This document shows, in pieces, positions 17,174-26,767 of a DNA stretch of 64,000 bases; position 1 is the stretch's first letter; every line of letters begins with the position of its first letter. The notes beneath the pieces were generated by a model. It ran no database searches. It saw only the letters and a program-made list of their open reading frames with translations, and was not told the origin of the DNA. The translations under genes and the position numbers were made by a program. Origin of the DNA: a virus; the IMG/VR virus record IMGVR_UViG_3300035698_006717, positions 1 through 64,000 of that record. One strand, written 5' to 3'.

Positions 17174-18769
17174 ATGGAAAACTTGATTGAGTACAAACGT
17201 ATCCTTTTTGGGTTTACGTCAGAGGGTGATGACAAGAGGATAATGGCATTCCAAGATGGCGGTAGCAAGGAGAGCCTATCTAATTCTAGTTTCAATTCAA
17301 ATGAAGAAGCTATTAACTTTATTATATGGGAAGGTGATTTATATGCTCTAGTGACTACAACATCAGAAGGTAGATTACTAAAGTTGTCAAATATAAATAC
17401 TGGTTCTGCTGATACTTGGGAAGAAGTTGTTGGGTATGTAGTTCTGAATGAGAGACTTGATGATTTTGTTTACCAAGCTAACTCAATAGTTATATTTGGA
17501 GCAACTAAGGTATGGGAGTTTGATGGTGATAATGCCATTGTTATAGATTCCATGCCAGGCAACCTGACAATATACTCTACTATATATTACCAGAGGAATG
17601 TTTATATATTTGGAGAGTACAATTCTACACAAGCTCTCTATAGTTGGAATGTAGATGATGGATTCATATCTTTAGATACTTCTGCTGATCTTATGGATTT
17701 GACAGGGAATTATAATCCGTATGGTAAGAAGCTGATCACTGAGTATATGGGCAAAATATACTATCTGTTTCTGATAGAGATTGCTGCTGTAGAATTAACG
17801 CTGAGATCATATAACCCATCTACTGGCCTGATTGTTAGTGAATATGTGTATGGAGATTTGTATGAAATTGCTACATCTTTGATAACATATGAAGGAATGA
17901 TTGTTCCAGTAACTTTTAATACTGACCAGTATTCAGCTAGTGTGAAAATTTTTATACCTGTAAAGTATGAAGTTGAGAACTCTCTAGTATCTGGTGATGG
18001 TGATGTAGCAGAGGCTCTGCTGAAAGTAGAATCTGATCCAATCTTTTCCAATAGGACTAAATCTTTGAGCGGTATACCAGCCTTTGATACTTTCCCTATA
18101 GTAGGAGTATTAAAGGGTAAGTTTGGGTATGCATTCAAATATGGGCATAGGCCTGAATTTTATACTGAGCTTACTAATGTAGATGCATTGCTTGACTTGA
18201 ATCTAAAAACTTTGATGGATGAACTTTGTAGCATGACTAACAATACTCTTAGTGTTGATGGTAGTAATACTGCAACTATTGCTAGTAGAGATGTAGTTGG
18301 TTATCCTAATAAGTTCAAGGAATATAATCTCAGTACTGATTATGGTGATGAGTACATAAGCAAAATAGTAGAAAGTGAAGCATACCCTAATAACTTTAGA
18401 AGGATTGTGATAAATTGGAGTAATGCAAAATGGGATACAAATAATCCCGTTGCAATTGGCTCAGTAGCTTCCCTAGGTAACGTATTTGAATTTGATTCAG
18501 TTCTGATAAATGATCCTAAGACTGCTCTGAATATAGCAAGGGTTCTGCTGAAGCAATTAGTATCTGTTGGCCAATTAGAGACTGTACTGTCCTTGGCTTA
18601 TTATCTTGAGAATTCTGATAACATTACTTATAATGTATCTGATGAATTCCTGTATATTGACAAGACTATTGAATATAAATTGTATAAGGTAATCCATAAT
18701 ATCAATAACATGACTACTACTTTGGTTGTTGTTGAAAGAATTCTTAGTGATGAGAAGGAGCTGATATAA
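17174..18769 (+). CDS. Tail-tip protein: beta-propeller plus hub/Tal-like C-terminus
   Basis: Propeller-like repeats (FIIWEGDLYA, IYYQRNVYIF, TEYMGKIYY), then LMDELC...NDPKTALNIARVLL...YKLYKVIHN, a hub-like tail. Confidence 0.6.
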   Translation: MENLIEYKRILFGFTSEGDDKRIMAFQDGGSKESLSNSSFNSNEEAINFIIWEGDLYALVTTTSEGRLLKLSNINTGSADTWEEVVGYVVLNERLDDFVYQANSIVIFGATKVWEFDGDNAIVIDSMPGNLTIYSTIYYQRNVYIFGEYNSTQALYSWNVDDGFISLDTSADLMDLTGNYNPYGKKLITEYMGKIYYLFLIEIAAVELTLRSYNPSTGLIVSEYVYGDLYEIATSLITYEGMIVPVTFNTDQYSASVKIFIPVKYEVENSLVSGDGDVAEALLKVESDPIFSNRTKSLSGIPAFDTFPIVGVLKGKFGYAFKYGHRPEFYTELTNVDALLDLNLKTLMDELCSMTNNTLSVDGSNTATIASRDVVGYPNKFKEYNLSTDYGDEYISKIVESEAYPNNFRRIVINWSNAKWDTNNPVAIGSVASLGNVFEFDSVLINDPKTALNIARVLLKQLVSVGQLETVLSLAYYLENSDNITYNVSDEFLYIDKTIEYKLYKVIHNINNMTTTLVVVERILSDEKELI

Positions 18770-19822
18770 ATGGCACTAACTCTTATTGATACAGTAACTC
18801 CGTTTATTACTGCAGGTTTGTTTTATGATGGAGCTAGATTTTATGCAAATCACCTTAATGATGGTTTACATTTGTATACTATGGGTGGTGGGGCTTTATC
18901 CGAAGCAGACTCAATAGATGATGGTGGAGTATATCACGGGCTATTTGTAGATGGTGAATTTATATATACTGCTAATCTTAGTGAAATTAGAGCATACAAG
19001 AGGACATTGCTAAATTTGGCTATTGTAGATACTGAGTCTACTGGTAGTAATATAGTTGATATTGTTAGATATAAGAATTATATTGTATCAGTGTCAACTA
19101 GTAGTGGTTTATATGCTCATACTTTTGATGGTACTACTCTGACTTATGTTGATAATTTTAATAGTGCCGTACTTATTGGCCAAGTTGGGTCTATTACTGC
19201 TGATGATGATTACATATATGTATCAGCTGCAGGATTTGCCTTTCAAAGTTTAAGTCGTTTCACCATTAATGGTGGAGTTATAACATTTGTCGATAGTGTT
19301 GATACTAGTTCTGCTGGTCGTGGAGTTTGTACAGATAAAAATTATGTAGGAGCTGCCTCTGTAACAACAGGGTTAGATGTGTTTAGGAAAACATCTGGAT
19401 CATTAGTTCATCTTGCAAATATAGATGATGGTGATAGTTATGATAGAGTAGCTAATATTGGTAGGTATTTTTTCTGTTCAATAAATACTGGTGATATTAG
19501 AGTGTATCAGCTGTCTGCTGACGAGACTAGCCTTGCTGCTGTTACTGATACTTCAATTGCTGGAGCTAGTCCTGTTATATTTGCTGGTGGCTCTTTCTTA
19601 TTAGCTGGTGACTCTACAGGTGGGGATGAAGAGTGGAGACTTTATAGCATGCCTGAGCTGAAACAGATTATCAATAGTGTGAAACCTTATAATGGTATGC
19701 TGTGTTTTGCTTCTGAGAATTCTTTGTATGATGGATTATTTGCTCATAGGTTAGATCGTGAAGCATTCAGCGGCGATGATCTTATACAATTAATAGAAGA
19801 CACTTCAGGGGAGAATTTATAA
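18770..19822 (+). CDS. Beta-propeller (LVIVD-like repeat) tail/receptor-binding protein
   Basis: ~40-aa repeats of the form x-DxxYIYxA...GLxxY...LxxVD. Confidence 0.6.
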   Translation: MALTLIDTVTPFITAGLFYDGARFYANHLNDGLHLYTMGGGALSEADSIDDGGVYHGLFVDGEFIYTANLSEIRAYKRTLLNLAIVDTESTGSNIVDIVRYKNYIVSVSTSSGLYAHTFDGTTLTYVDNFNSAVLIGQVGSITADDDYIYVSAAGFAFQSLSRFTINGGVITFVDSVDTSSAGRGVCTDKNYVGAASVTTGLDVFRKTSGSLVHLANIDDGDSYDRVANIGRYFFCSINTGDIRVYQLSADETSLAAVTDTSIAGASPVIFAGGSFLLAGDSTGGDEEWRLYSMPELKQIINSVKPYNGMLCFASENSLYDGLFAHRLDREAFSGDDLIQLIEDTSGENL

Positions 19823-21756
19823 TGTCGCTTTATACACAGGATTACGGTGGTTACACCCTCCCCTATAAGGAGAAGACCCCCGAACGGTATCAGGTTGAGG
19901 ACACGCTGTATAGGGCCTTGATAGATGCATTAGGAAGTGGTCTAAGCGGTTCGGGTACTATTAATACTATACCAAAGTTTACTCCTGATGGAACAACTCT
20001 TGGTGATTCTATTATTTCTGATTTCAATGGTAGGGCAACAGTAGCTGGTTCGCTTACAAGTAACCAAGATGTTGATATTGGAGATTCGTCAGGATTCGTT
20101 CATAATATTAATTTTCTAACTAGCTCTGTTAATGGTTTCCTTAGATGGTATCAGACAGGTGCTTCACCTTATAATCCTGCTTTTCAGTTATCAGATAATT
20201 TAATTATTGGTAAGGGTAGTGCTGCCACAGATTACAAGCTAGTGTTTCTTGGGAATGGTGGCCAAGGAGAAGTGTGGTGGATGAATACCGCCCAACATTT
20301 TAGGTTTAGTACCGCTGCACTTGGTGATGTTGGTATGGGTTTCTATGGTGGATCTAATTCTGGACTATTTACATGGATGGAGGATGAAGACTATTTCCAG
20401 TTTGCAGATGACATTTTAATGTCCACTAGTGAGAAGATTTATTTTCGCAATACTAATGTATATATTAGTTCTCCAATTGCGGATTACCTTCAGATTGACG
20501 GAAGTACCTATGTAGGCATTGAAGCCGACACTTCTATTGACTTTACAATAGGTGGTAGTACAGTAACCCAACAGAAATCAAACTACTTACTTGTTGGTAG
20601 TGGTGCTTTAGCACAAGGCTCACCAACGAATGTTAACTATACTCCGCTGATGGTTGGATCACAAGGTAATGCTAAAGTAACAGAGGATTTGATTGAGATT
20701 CTAAGGACTGTTAGGTCTACTGATATGGCAGACACTGGTACTGGGATATTATTTTCCCAGTATTATTATGATGCAGTTACTCCAGCAAGAGCTGCTGCTG
20801 GAAGAGTTGCAGTAGTAACGGATGGCAACTGGACATCTACTGCATCAACCCGTGAGTCTAGATTATCTCTGCAGGTAGCCAAGGCTGGATTGCTTACGGA
20901 AATGGTTTCAATAAATAGCTCTGGCTCTACAGTAACTGGATCGCTTACTTGGTCATCATCTAATTTCATAGCAGATAATGCATCTCACACTTTAATCTTA
21001 AGGAGTACTTCAGCGTCTAGTGCTGATTATGGGCAGCTATATTTAGCAGGAGGTGGATTGCCATCAAAGGCTCGCGGTTCTTATATACACCTTGCTGGCA
21101 TTAATGCTTCTCTTACACCAGGGCAAGTAACTGTTGTTGCAGGTGCAAATGGCAATATTGTTTTCAATACTTCTAAAATAACCTCTGCTACAAAGGTATC
21201 ATTTACTAATGGACTGTCTGCTGAAGTGGCTCATATTGACGCTGCAGGGAATATATTTGCTGTCGGTATAATGAATGTATCTCAGGTTACTGCTGGGACA
21301 GGATCTTATTATCTTGGGTCTCTGAAAGATCTAGCTCATGGCATAACTGATTATTTACCAACTGATGCTTTCTATAAGATAGCTCCTGCTAATGCAACTG
21401 GTGGCGGATGTATAATTACTACTGCTACAGAGCAAGATGTATCAAATGCTACACCGATGACTATGCGCGGAATACTTGGTGTTGAATGTAGCGATGGAAC
21501 TCTTGAGCCTACATTTGTTATGGATGGAGCAAGGAAAAGCGGGGCAAGCATAGCAGCATTGACTGTTAGCGATATTCTGCAGATTAAGAATTCAGGAACA
21601 ACTAAGTTGGCTATAGATAAGGAAGGTATACTGGCATTTAAGGGAACTATGGGGAATTCCACTTTAGACCCTACAACTGATAGTGCTGAGGATTGGATAG
21701 AGGTTGTGATTGGAACAACAACTTATTTTGTACCAGTATATTCACAATCCGTATGA
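19822..21756 (+). CDS. Tail fibre protein
   Basis: G/S/T-rich. SGTINTIPKFT..TLGDS start, short internal repeats (F.G....G...W), and a WIEVVIG..TYFVPVY C-terminus typical of fibres. Confidence 0.7.
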   Translation: MSLYTQDYGGYTLPYKEKTPERYQVEDTLYRALIDALGSGLSGSGTINTIPKFTPDGTTLGDSIISDFNGRATVAGSLTSNQDVDIGDSSGFVHNINFLTSSVNGFLRWYQTGASPYNPAFQLSDNLIIGKGSAATDYKLVFLGNGGQGEVWWMNTAQHFRFSTAALGDVGMGFYGGSNSGLFTWMEDEDYFQFADDILMSTSEKIYFRNTNVYISSPIADYLQIDGSTYVGIEADTSIDFTIGGSTVTQQKSNYLLVGSGALAQGSPTNVNYTPLMVGSQGNAKVTEDLIEILRTVRSTDMADTGTGILFSQYYYDAVTPARAAAGRVAVVTDGNWTSTASTRESRLSLQVAKAGLLTEMVSINSSGSTVTGSLTWSSSNFIADNASHTLILRSTSASSADYGQLYLAGGGLPSKARGSYIHLAGINASLTPGQVTVVAGANGNIVFNTSKITSATKVSFTNGLSAEVAHIDAAGNIFAVGIMNVSQVTAGTGSYYLGSLKDLAHGITDYLPTDAFYKIAPANATGGGCIITTATEQDVSNATPMTMRGILGVECSDGTLEPTFVMDGARKSGASIAALTVSDILQIKNSGTTKLAIDKEGILAFKGTMGNSTLDPTTDSAEDWIEVVIGTTTYFVPVYSQSV

Positions 21757-22241
21757 TAACAATACTGATACCTTTAGCAGATGGTGAATGTATTCACCCT
21801 TGGACTCTGAGTAGCATTGCCATGCAAGATGTTGAATGCCACTTGGTTCCAATTAGTAGGCCAAGGCAAGATAATTATAGGTTAAGTGAAGCAGAGTGCA
21901 GGAATGAACTGAAAAAATATGCTAGTGATCCATATGCCTTCTATTTAGATAGTGATGCATATTTCACTAGCCCTCATGATGTTAGTGATTGCATTCAGTG
22001 GCTACATGATAATAGTGAATATGGTGCTGTTGCATTAGATACCAAACACGCTGGTAGCATTGAGAAAAATGAGAGTAGGAAACACGTTATAATTGCAGCT
22101 ATGTGTGTTAGAAGATCTACACTTGATAGGATAGTTTTCAGGCAGAAGCCGCACGACTTGAAGAAATATTGTTTGTGCATAGCTTTTAATGAAGATGTGA
22201 AAATTAAATATTTGGATCACAGAGTACTAGGTGAATTTTAA
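21753..22241 (+). CDS. GT-A fold (family 2-like) glycosyltransferase
   Basis: MITILIP first strand, LSSIAMQ, AECRN...YAFYLDSD (DxD) and MCVRRSTL. ATG 21753 overlaps the fibre stop (ATGA). Confidence 0.65.
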   Translation: MITILIPLADGECIHPWTLSSIAMQDVECHLVPISRPRQDNYRLSEAECRNELKKYASDPYAFYLDSDAYFTSPHDVSDCIQWLHDNSEYGAVALDTKHAGSIEKNESRKHVIIAAMCVRRSTLDRIVFRQKPHDLKKYCLCIAFNEDVKIKYLDHRVLGEF

Positions 22242-22267
22242 TAACAATTAAACAGAAGGGCCAAAAA

Positions 22268-22714
22268 ATGGCTAAGAAGAATTATTCAAGGACTGATCTG
22301 ACAAACATCTTTATGACTATTACTGGATTGCTAAAGTTAGACCTGACTTTAACAGGAAAGTTTAGCTACAGTCTGATTAAAAATAAAAAATCATTGAAAG
22401 CAGAAGCAGAAGAGATAACAGAGATGTTGGGGAAATTGGGCAAGGATAGAAATTCTTTGCAGATTGCAAATTGCTCAAAGGATAAGGAAGGTGAACCTAT
22501 TATTGTTAATGATAATTATCAAGGTTTAGCTTATGGTATGAAACCTGAGTTTGATACTAAGATTGATGAACTTGATGATCAGAGGAATGCGTATCTTAAA
22601 GAGGATGTTGAGGTTGATATATGGGAGTATGATGGAAAAATAGATCAGAAGAAGATCCCTATTATGTTTCATGAAGGTTTGTTTGATTTGTTTGGTGAAG
22701 AAATTTTTGATTAA
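22268..22714 (+). CDS. DUF1617-like helical phage protein
   Basis: GKFSYSLIKNKKSL...DKEGEP...LKEDVEVDI pattern, common after fibre genes. Confidence 0.5.
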   Translation: MAKKNYSRTDLTNIFMTITGLLKLDLTLTGKFSYSLIKNKKSLKAEAEEITEMLGKLGKDRNSLQIANCSKDKEGEPIIVNDNYQGLAYGMKPEFDTKIDELDDQRNAYLKEDVEVDIWEYDGKIDQKKIPIMFHEGLFDLFGEEIFD

Positions 22715-22734
22715 GTTACTGATAGGAATTGATT

Positions 22735-23112
22735 ATGGAATTATGGTTGAAAATAATTGTTGCAGCGTTGCTTGGTTCAGCTATTTCAGCTTTAATAACT
22801 TACTTCATGTCTACCAGAAATATGGAAAGTGCAATGAGGCGGGTTACTAAGGAGTTTATGGAGGAACATTTGAATTATAAACACAACATAAAGATAATGG
22901 GTAATGATGATATGTGGAGAACTGCAAAGGTAGCTATCAAGGAACACAAGGATACTTGTGGGGAATCTCTCAAAGGAGAACTTGATAAATTAGATGATAA
23001 GGTTGATGGAATAGTTAGGACTCAAGTTAGACATAATACTGAAATATCTATGATGAATAAGACACTAGGTGCAATAGCGCGTAAATTGAATGTAGTTGAA
23101 GGAGAGCAATAA
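22735..23112 (+). CDS. Membrane-anchored coiled-coil protein (holin-like candidate)
   Basis: N-terminal TM helix LWLKIIVAALLGSAISALITYF followed by coiled coil. Confidence 0.45.
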   Translation: MELWLKIIVAALLGSAISALITYFMSTRNMESAMRRVTKEFMEEHLNYKHNIKIMGNDDMWRTAKVAIKEHKDTCGESLKGELDKLDDKVDGIVRTQVRHNTEISMMNKTLGAIARKLNVVEGEQ

Positions 23113-24038
23113 TGAGTTTACCAGATCCGCAAACACAAGTATGGGTAGATGAACACGTTGGTGGATCTTCAGATGATCCTGTTATCTTGCATCTTACTGA
23201 AGAGAACTTAATGTCCAACGGTGACTTTGAAAGTATCCTTAGTGGATGGAGTAATGAATCAGGTACGGCTCCTAGCAGAGTTGATGCAGGTAGCAATGCT
23301 GCTAAGGGTAACTATGTAATGAGATTGCAGACTGCTTCTGCTACACATTGGACAGTAGCTTTTTCTGGTACCAAGATATTGCTTACTGGATTTGTTAAGT
23401 TTATAGATACTGCTGCCGCAGGTAGCTTTGATATAGATCTGTATATAACAGGAGATGCTAATTATGTAGCTAGTCCTGCTGCAAAACACGTATCTGTTAC
23501 TATTAATTCTGAGGATGCAATAGTTGATGAGACAGGTTACTTTGCTCATTTCTATGCTGAGTTGGAAGCAGTTGCTGGTAGCTATGTGCACATTAATTTT
23601 GGTTGTGATACTGATGTTGAAGTTCAGATTGATGATTTGAGACTATATGAAGTAACAAAGAATGTAGCTCTCTATAAGCCTAATAGAATGTCTCTAAGGT
23701 ACCAAGCATTAGTTGATGCTGATTATGAAATGTATGATGGTTCCAAGAAAGCATTTCTTAGAGGATGGCGTCCAATATACTCTATAGGGTATGATTATAT
23801 TGATGCAGCTGGTGTTGTTAATACTATTGGACTTTCAGAGAGCCTGTTTAATTATTTGATCCCGCACTCTAATAATTTGAGCGGTGGATATGTAAGAGGA
23901 ATTGCTGACTTTGATGCTAAGCCCTTTGCTGGTAGGTATCTAGGCCATCAACAGGATTTGCAACTTGAAGGAATTTTTATACAGAAGTACAAAGCAAGAG
24001 AATACGGCAGCACTTATTTTACAGTAGACGCTGCCTGA
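23112..24038 (+). CDS. CBM-containing virion protein (possible evolved distal tail protein)
   Basis: NLMSNGDFE..SGW...VQIDDLRLYEV is CBM4/9-like, followed by a Dit-like YEMYDGSKKAFLRGWR segment. Confidence 0.5.
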   Translation: MSLPDPQTQVWVDEHVGGSSDDPVILHLTEENLMSNGDFESILSGWSNESGTAPSRVDAGSNAAKGNYVMRLQTASATHWTVAFSGTKILLTGFVKFIDTAAAGSFDIDLYITGDANYVASPAAKHVSVTINSEDAIVDETGYFAHFYAELEAVAGSYVHINFGCDTDVEVQIDDLRLYEVTKNVALYKPNRMSLRYQALVDADYEMYDGSKKAFLRGWRPIYSIGYDYIDAAGVVNTIGLSESLFNYLIPHSNNLSGGYVRGIADFDAKPFAGRYLGHQQDLQLEGIFIQKYKAREYGSTYFTVDAA

Positions 24039-24068
24039 TAGTATATATATTTGAAAATAGATTAAACA

Positions 24069-24097
24069 TTTCTTCAGAGTTATTATCTTACTATATT
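24069..24097 (+). promoter_or_regulatory. Candidate sigma70-type promoter, class B
   Basis: TTTCTT-17 nt-TATATT in the gap before the replication module. Confidence 0.5.
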
Positions 24098-24127
24098 CTT
24101 ATTAGGGAGATAAGATACTAACACATT

Positions 24128-25894
24128 ATGATCAGAATATTTAGAAACAAAAAAGACCAAGAGAAGGTCAACGTAGAATTCCAGTCAGCAGATAGCTTCT
24201 TTGTTATCAAGAATATTATATCATCCTTTATAGGATCATATTACAATAAAAGGGATAGGACTTGGAGAGTAGATATAGATGATACTGACGATCTGCTTAA
24301 AAAGTTAGTTGAGGTTAATGGAGAGATAGTCCAAGTTGATCTGGAAATATTTAAGGTATTTGATCTATTCAAGGAACGTAGGGCTGAAGTACTTGATCTG
24401 AGGAATAGATTAGATGGTATGGATAGTGGCATAAAGCTCAAAGAACCTTATAGCCTATTACCATTTCAGCATGTTGGAGTAGAATTCCTATATCAAGTTA
24501 GAAAGGGTATTGTAGCTGATAAGGTAGGTCTAGGTAAAACCCTTCAAGGCTTATGCGCTGCTTTGAAATTAATTAATGAAGGTGAAGCTAGTAAGTGTCT
24601 GATAGTTGTGCCTGGAACTTTGAGAAAGAAATGGAAAAGGGATATCATGAAATTCTTAGAGGTTCCTGAGCCTTTGATAATTGAAGGATCTCCTACTAAA
24701 AGGCAAGGTTTGTATGAGAAGTGGATGGGTAATGGTGATCCATTTGCTATAATATCTGATGATACTCTGAAAAGAGATTGGGAGAATTATATACAGAATA
24801 ATGTAGTTCACCCTTTTGGTATCATAGTAGATGAAATACAGAGAGAGAAAAATCCTCAGTCTAATCGCTCTTTGAAAATTAGGGAAGTAGCTGAGCATAA
24901 ACTATGTAAGTTTAGATTTGGCCTTTCTGCTACTTATGTTGAGACTGGATTAGAGAATCTTTTTGGAGTAATGCTAATTATAGATGAGTCAATATTTGGC
25001 AATAGTTTGTTCAAGTTCTCTACTAAGTATATACAGCTGAATGAGTATACTGGTAAGGTAGTAGCATATAAGAATGTGGAAGATGCAACTAAGAGAATGA
25101 AGTATGTGGCAATAAGACGCCATAAGGAGCAGGTTAAAGATCAGATGTCAACCTTCCTCCCTAAAGTGAACGTAAATACTCTTTGGGTGGATTTGAATAA
25201 GGAACAAAAGCAAGTCTATAATGAAGTAGTTGCTAGAGTTGCTGATAATATCCTTAATATGGAGAAGGCTGATAAGATAAGAATGGCTACCGTATTGACT
25301 GAGCTTAATTATCTGAGACAAGTATCAATATCTACTGAGCTAATTGGACATGAAATATCTTCTTCTGTAAAGATGGATGTTTTAAAAGAAATGCTACCTG
25401 AGATAATTGAAGAAAATAAGGTGATGATATTTTGCCATTATACTGGGTTTGTGGATCAGATTGAAAGAGAACTGACGGCTATGGGTATTAAGTGTATTGC
25501 TATGCACGGTAGCCGCACGGAAGGTAAGTCAAATAACCGTCAAGATATGATAGATAAGTTCTCAAATTCTAAGGACATAAATGTATTGGTAACTTCAGAT
25601 ATTCTTAAGGAAGGAGTTGATGTACCTGCTGCAAGCTACATTATCAATACTGACATATTATGGAACCCTGCTGGAATGGTTCAGCGTGCTGGACGGATAG
25701 ACCGATTGAATCAATCTGCTGAGAATATATTTGTTATCAATATATGGTCAGAGGCTGGTATTGAGAAGGATATGTTTGATGTGGTATACAAAAGAGAGGA
25801 GTTAGCTAATCAAGTAATGGATGATGGGTTCAAAGAAAAGAGAGTACGGAAATTATCATTCAAGGATATCAAAAGAATGCTCAGGAGAGTATAA
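24128..25894 (+). CDS. SNF2-family helicase with N-terminal HARP-like domain
   Basis: ADKVGLGKT, IVDEIQ, LSAT, EGVD and QRAGRIDR motifs; N-terminal GSYYNKRDRTWRV. Confidence 0.9.
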   Translation: MIRIFRNKKDQEKVNVEFQSADSFFVIKNIISSFIGSYYNKRDRTWRVDIDDTDDLLKKLVEVNGEIVQVDLEIFKVFDLFKERRAEVLDLRNRLDGMDSGIKLKEPYSLLPFQHVGVEFLYQVRKGIVADKVGLGKTLQGLCAALKLINEGEASKCLIVVPGTLRKKWKRDIMKFLEVPEPLIIEGSPTKRQGLYEKWMGNGDPFAIISDDTLKRDWENYIQNNVVHPFGIIVDEIQREKNPQSNRSLKIREVAEHKLCKFRFGLSATYVETGLENLFGVMLIIDESIFGNSLFKFSTKYIQLNEYTGKVVAYKNVEDATKRMKYVAIRRHKEQVKDQMSTFLPKVNVNTLWVDLNKEQKQVYNEVVARVADNILNMEKADKIRMATVLTELNYLRQVSISTELIGHEISSSVKMDVLKEMLPEIIEENKVMIFCHYTGFVDQIERELTAMGIKCIAMHGSRTEGKSNNRQDMIDKFSNSKDINVLVTSDILKEGVDVPAASYIINTDILWNPAGMVQRAGRIDRLNQSAENIFVINIWSEAGIEKDMFDVVYKREELANQVMDDGFKEKRVRKLSFKDIKRMLRRV

Positions 25895-26091
25895 TGAAAA
25901 TAGAAATGTATAAGAATCACATTGCTGGAATGATAGCATTCCAAGTTCAAGAAGATGAACCTGATAAGGTAGATACTATAATTGTTACCACCAATAATGG
26001 TAATAGGTATGAAGTTACTGAGACGCGGAATGGGTCATTAAGTCTTCACTCTATTGGGGCAAGCCGTGAAAAGCAAGAAAAAACCTTTTAA
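25894..26091 (+). CDS. Hypothetical protein
   Basis: Coupled by TAATG overlap. Confidence 0.55.
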   Translation: MKIEMYKNHIAGMIAFQVQEDEPDKVDTIIVTTNNGNRYEVTETRNGSLSLHSIGASREKQEKTF

Positions 26092-26767
26092 AGATGTAGA
26101 GATTACATCTCCGTATGTGACCTATACAAATATAGATTATCGCATACGGTACAAGCTACTTAACAATCAAGTAAAGATAGATCTGAAAGAGATAATAGAC
26201 AAGATACTTACTGATGCAGGCATCACAGGATTTAATACAAATCAAGTTGAGTTTACTATCCCTTATGATATTGATGATGCCGCTTCTGATAAGACGTTCT
26301 CCCTATTGGTTGATAAGAAAAGGTTTCAGATTAGATTGCCTGAGTTTCAGGTTATTGCTAACAACCAGCAGAAGATAGATTGGGATAATACGCATCCGCA
26401 TAGATGGTCAAAGTCACAGTGGATAAAGTTTATTGAAAAGAAGTTTTGGGATACATACGGATTTGAATCTGTGGAGCTTAATTTAAGGGGCCGCCAAGGG
26501 GCCACTAGGAGAGGCAAACTCTTCGGCCTAATAGATAACCTAATTCGTAAGATCAAGGGCTTAAACAGCCTTGAGTGTGATGAGAGTAGCGTTGTAGAAT
26601 ATATTGTATGGGTCTTCTCTCATAAGGGGTCTAAAGTATCCCTATCTATGGGATTAATCTGTGCTGACCCTATAATACAAGAATGGGTGCTATGGAAGAG
26701 AAAGCAGATATCCAATAAACCTGCTAAGAAATCTAAAGGTTTGCATTCAAAATGGAGAGATGAATGA
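26054..26767 (+). CDS. Hypothetical protein (possible replication initiation factor)
   Basis: 237-aa ORF immediately upstream of the loader-helicase-primase genes. Confidence 0.5.
   Translation: MGQAVKSKKKPFKDVEITSPYVTYTNIDYRIRYKLLNNQVKIDLKEIIDKILTDAGITGFNTNQVEFTIPYDIDDAASDKTFSLLVDKKRFQIRLPEFQVIANNQQKIDWDNTHPHRWSKSQWIKFIEKKFWDTYGFESVELNLRGRQGATRRGKLFGLIDNLIRKIKGLNSLECDESSVVEYIVWVFSHKGSKVSLSMGLICADPIIQEWVLWKRKQISNKPAKKSKGLHSKWRDE

Noticed and set aside
10135-21756. Diversity-generating retroelement or invertible fibre cassette
   Set aside because: No reverse transcriptase or invertase and no long adenine-variable repeat pair; the 26-nt match encodes a conserved peptide motif.
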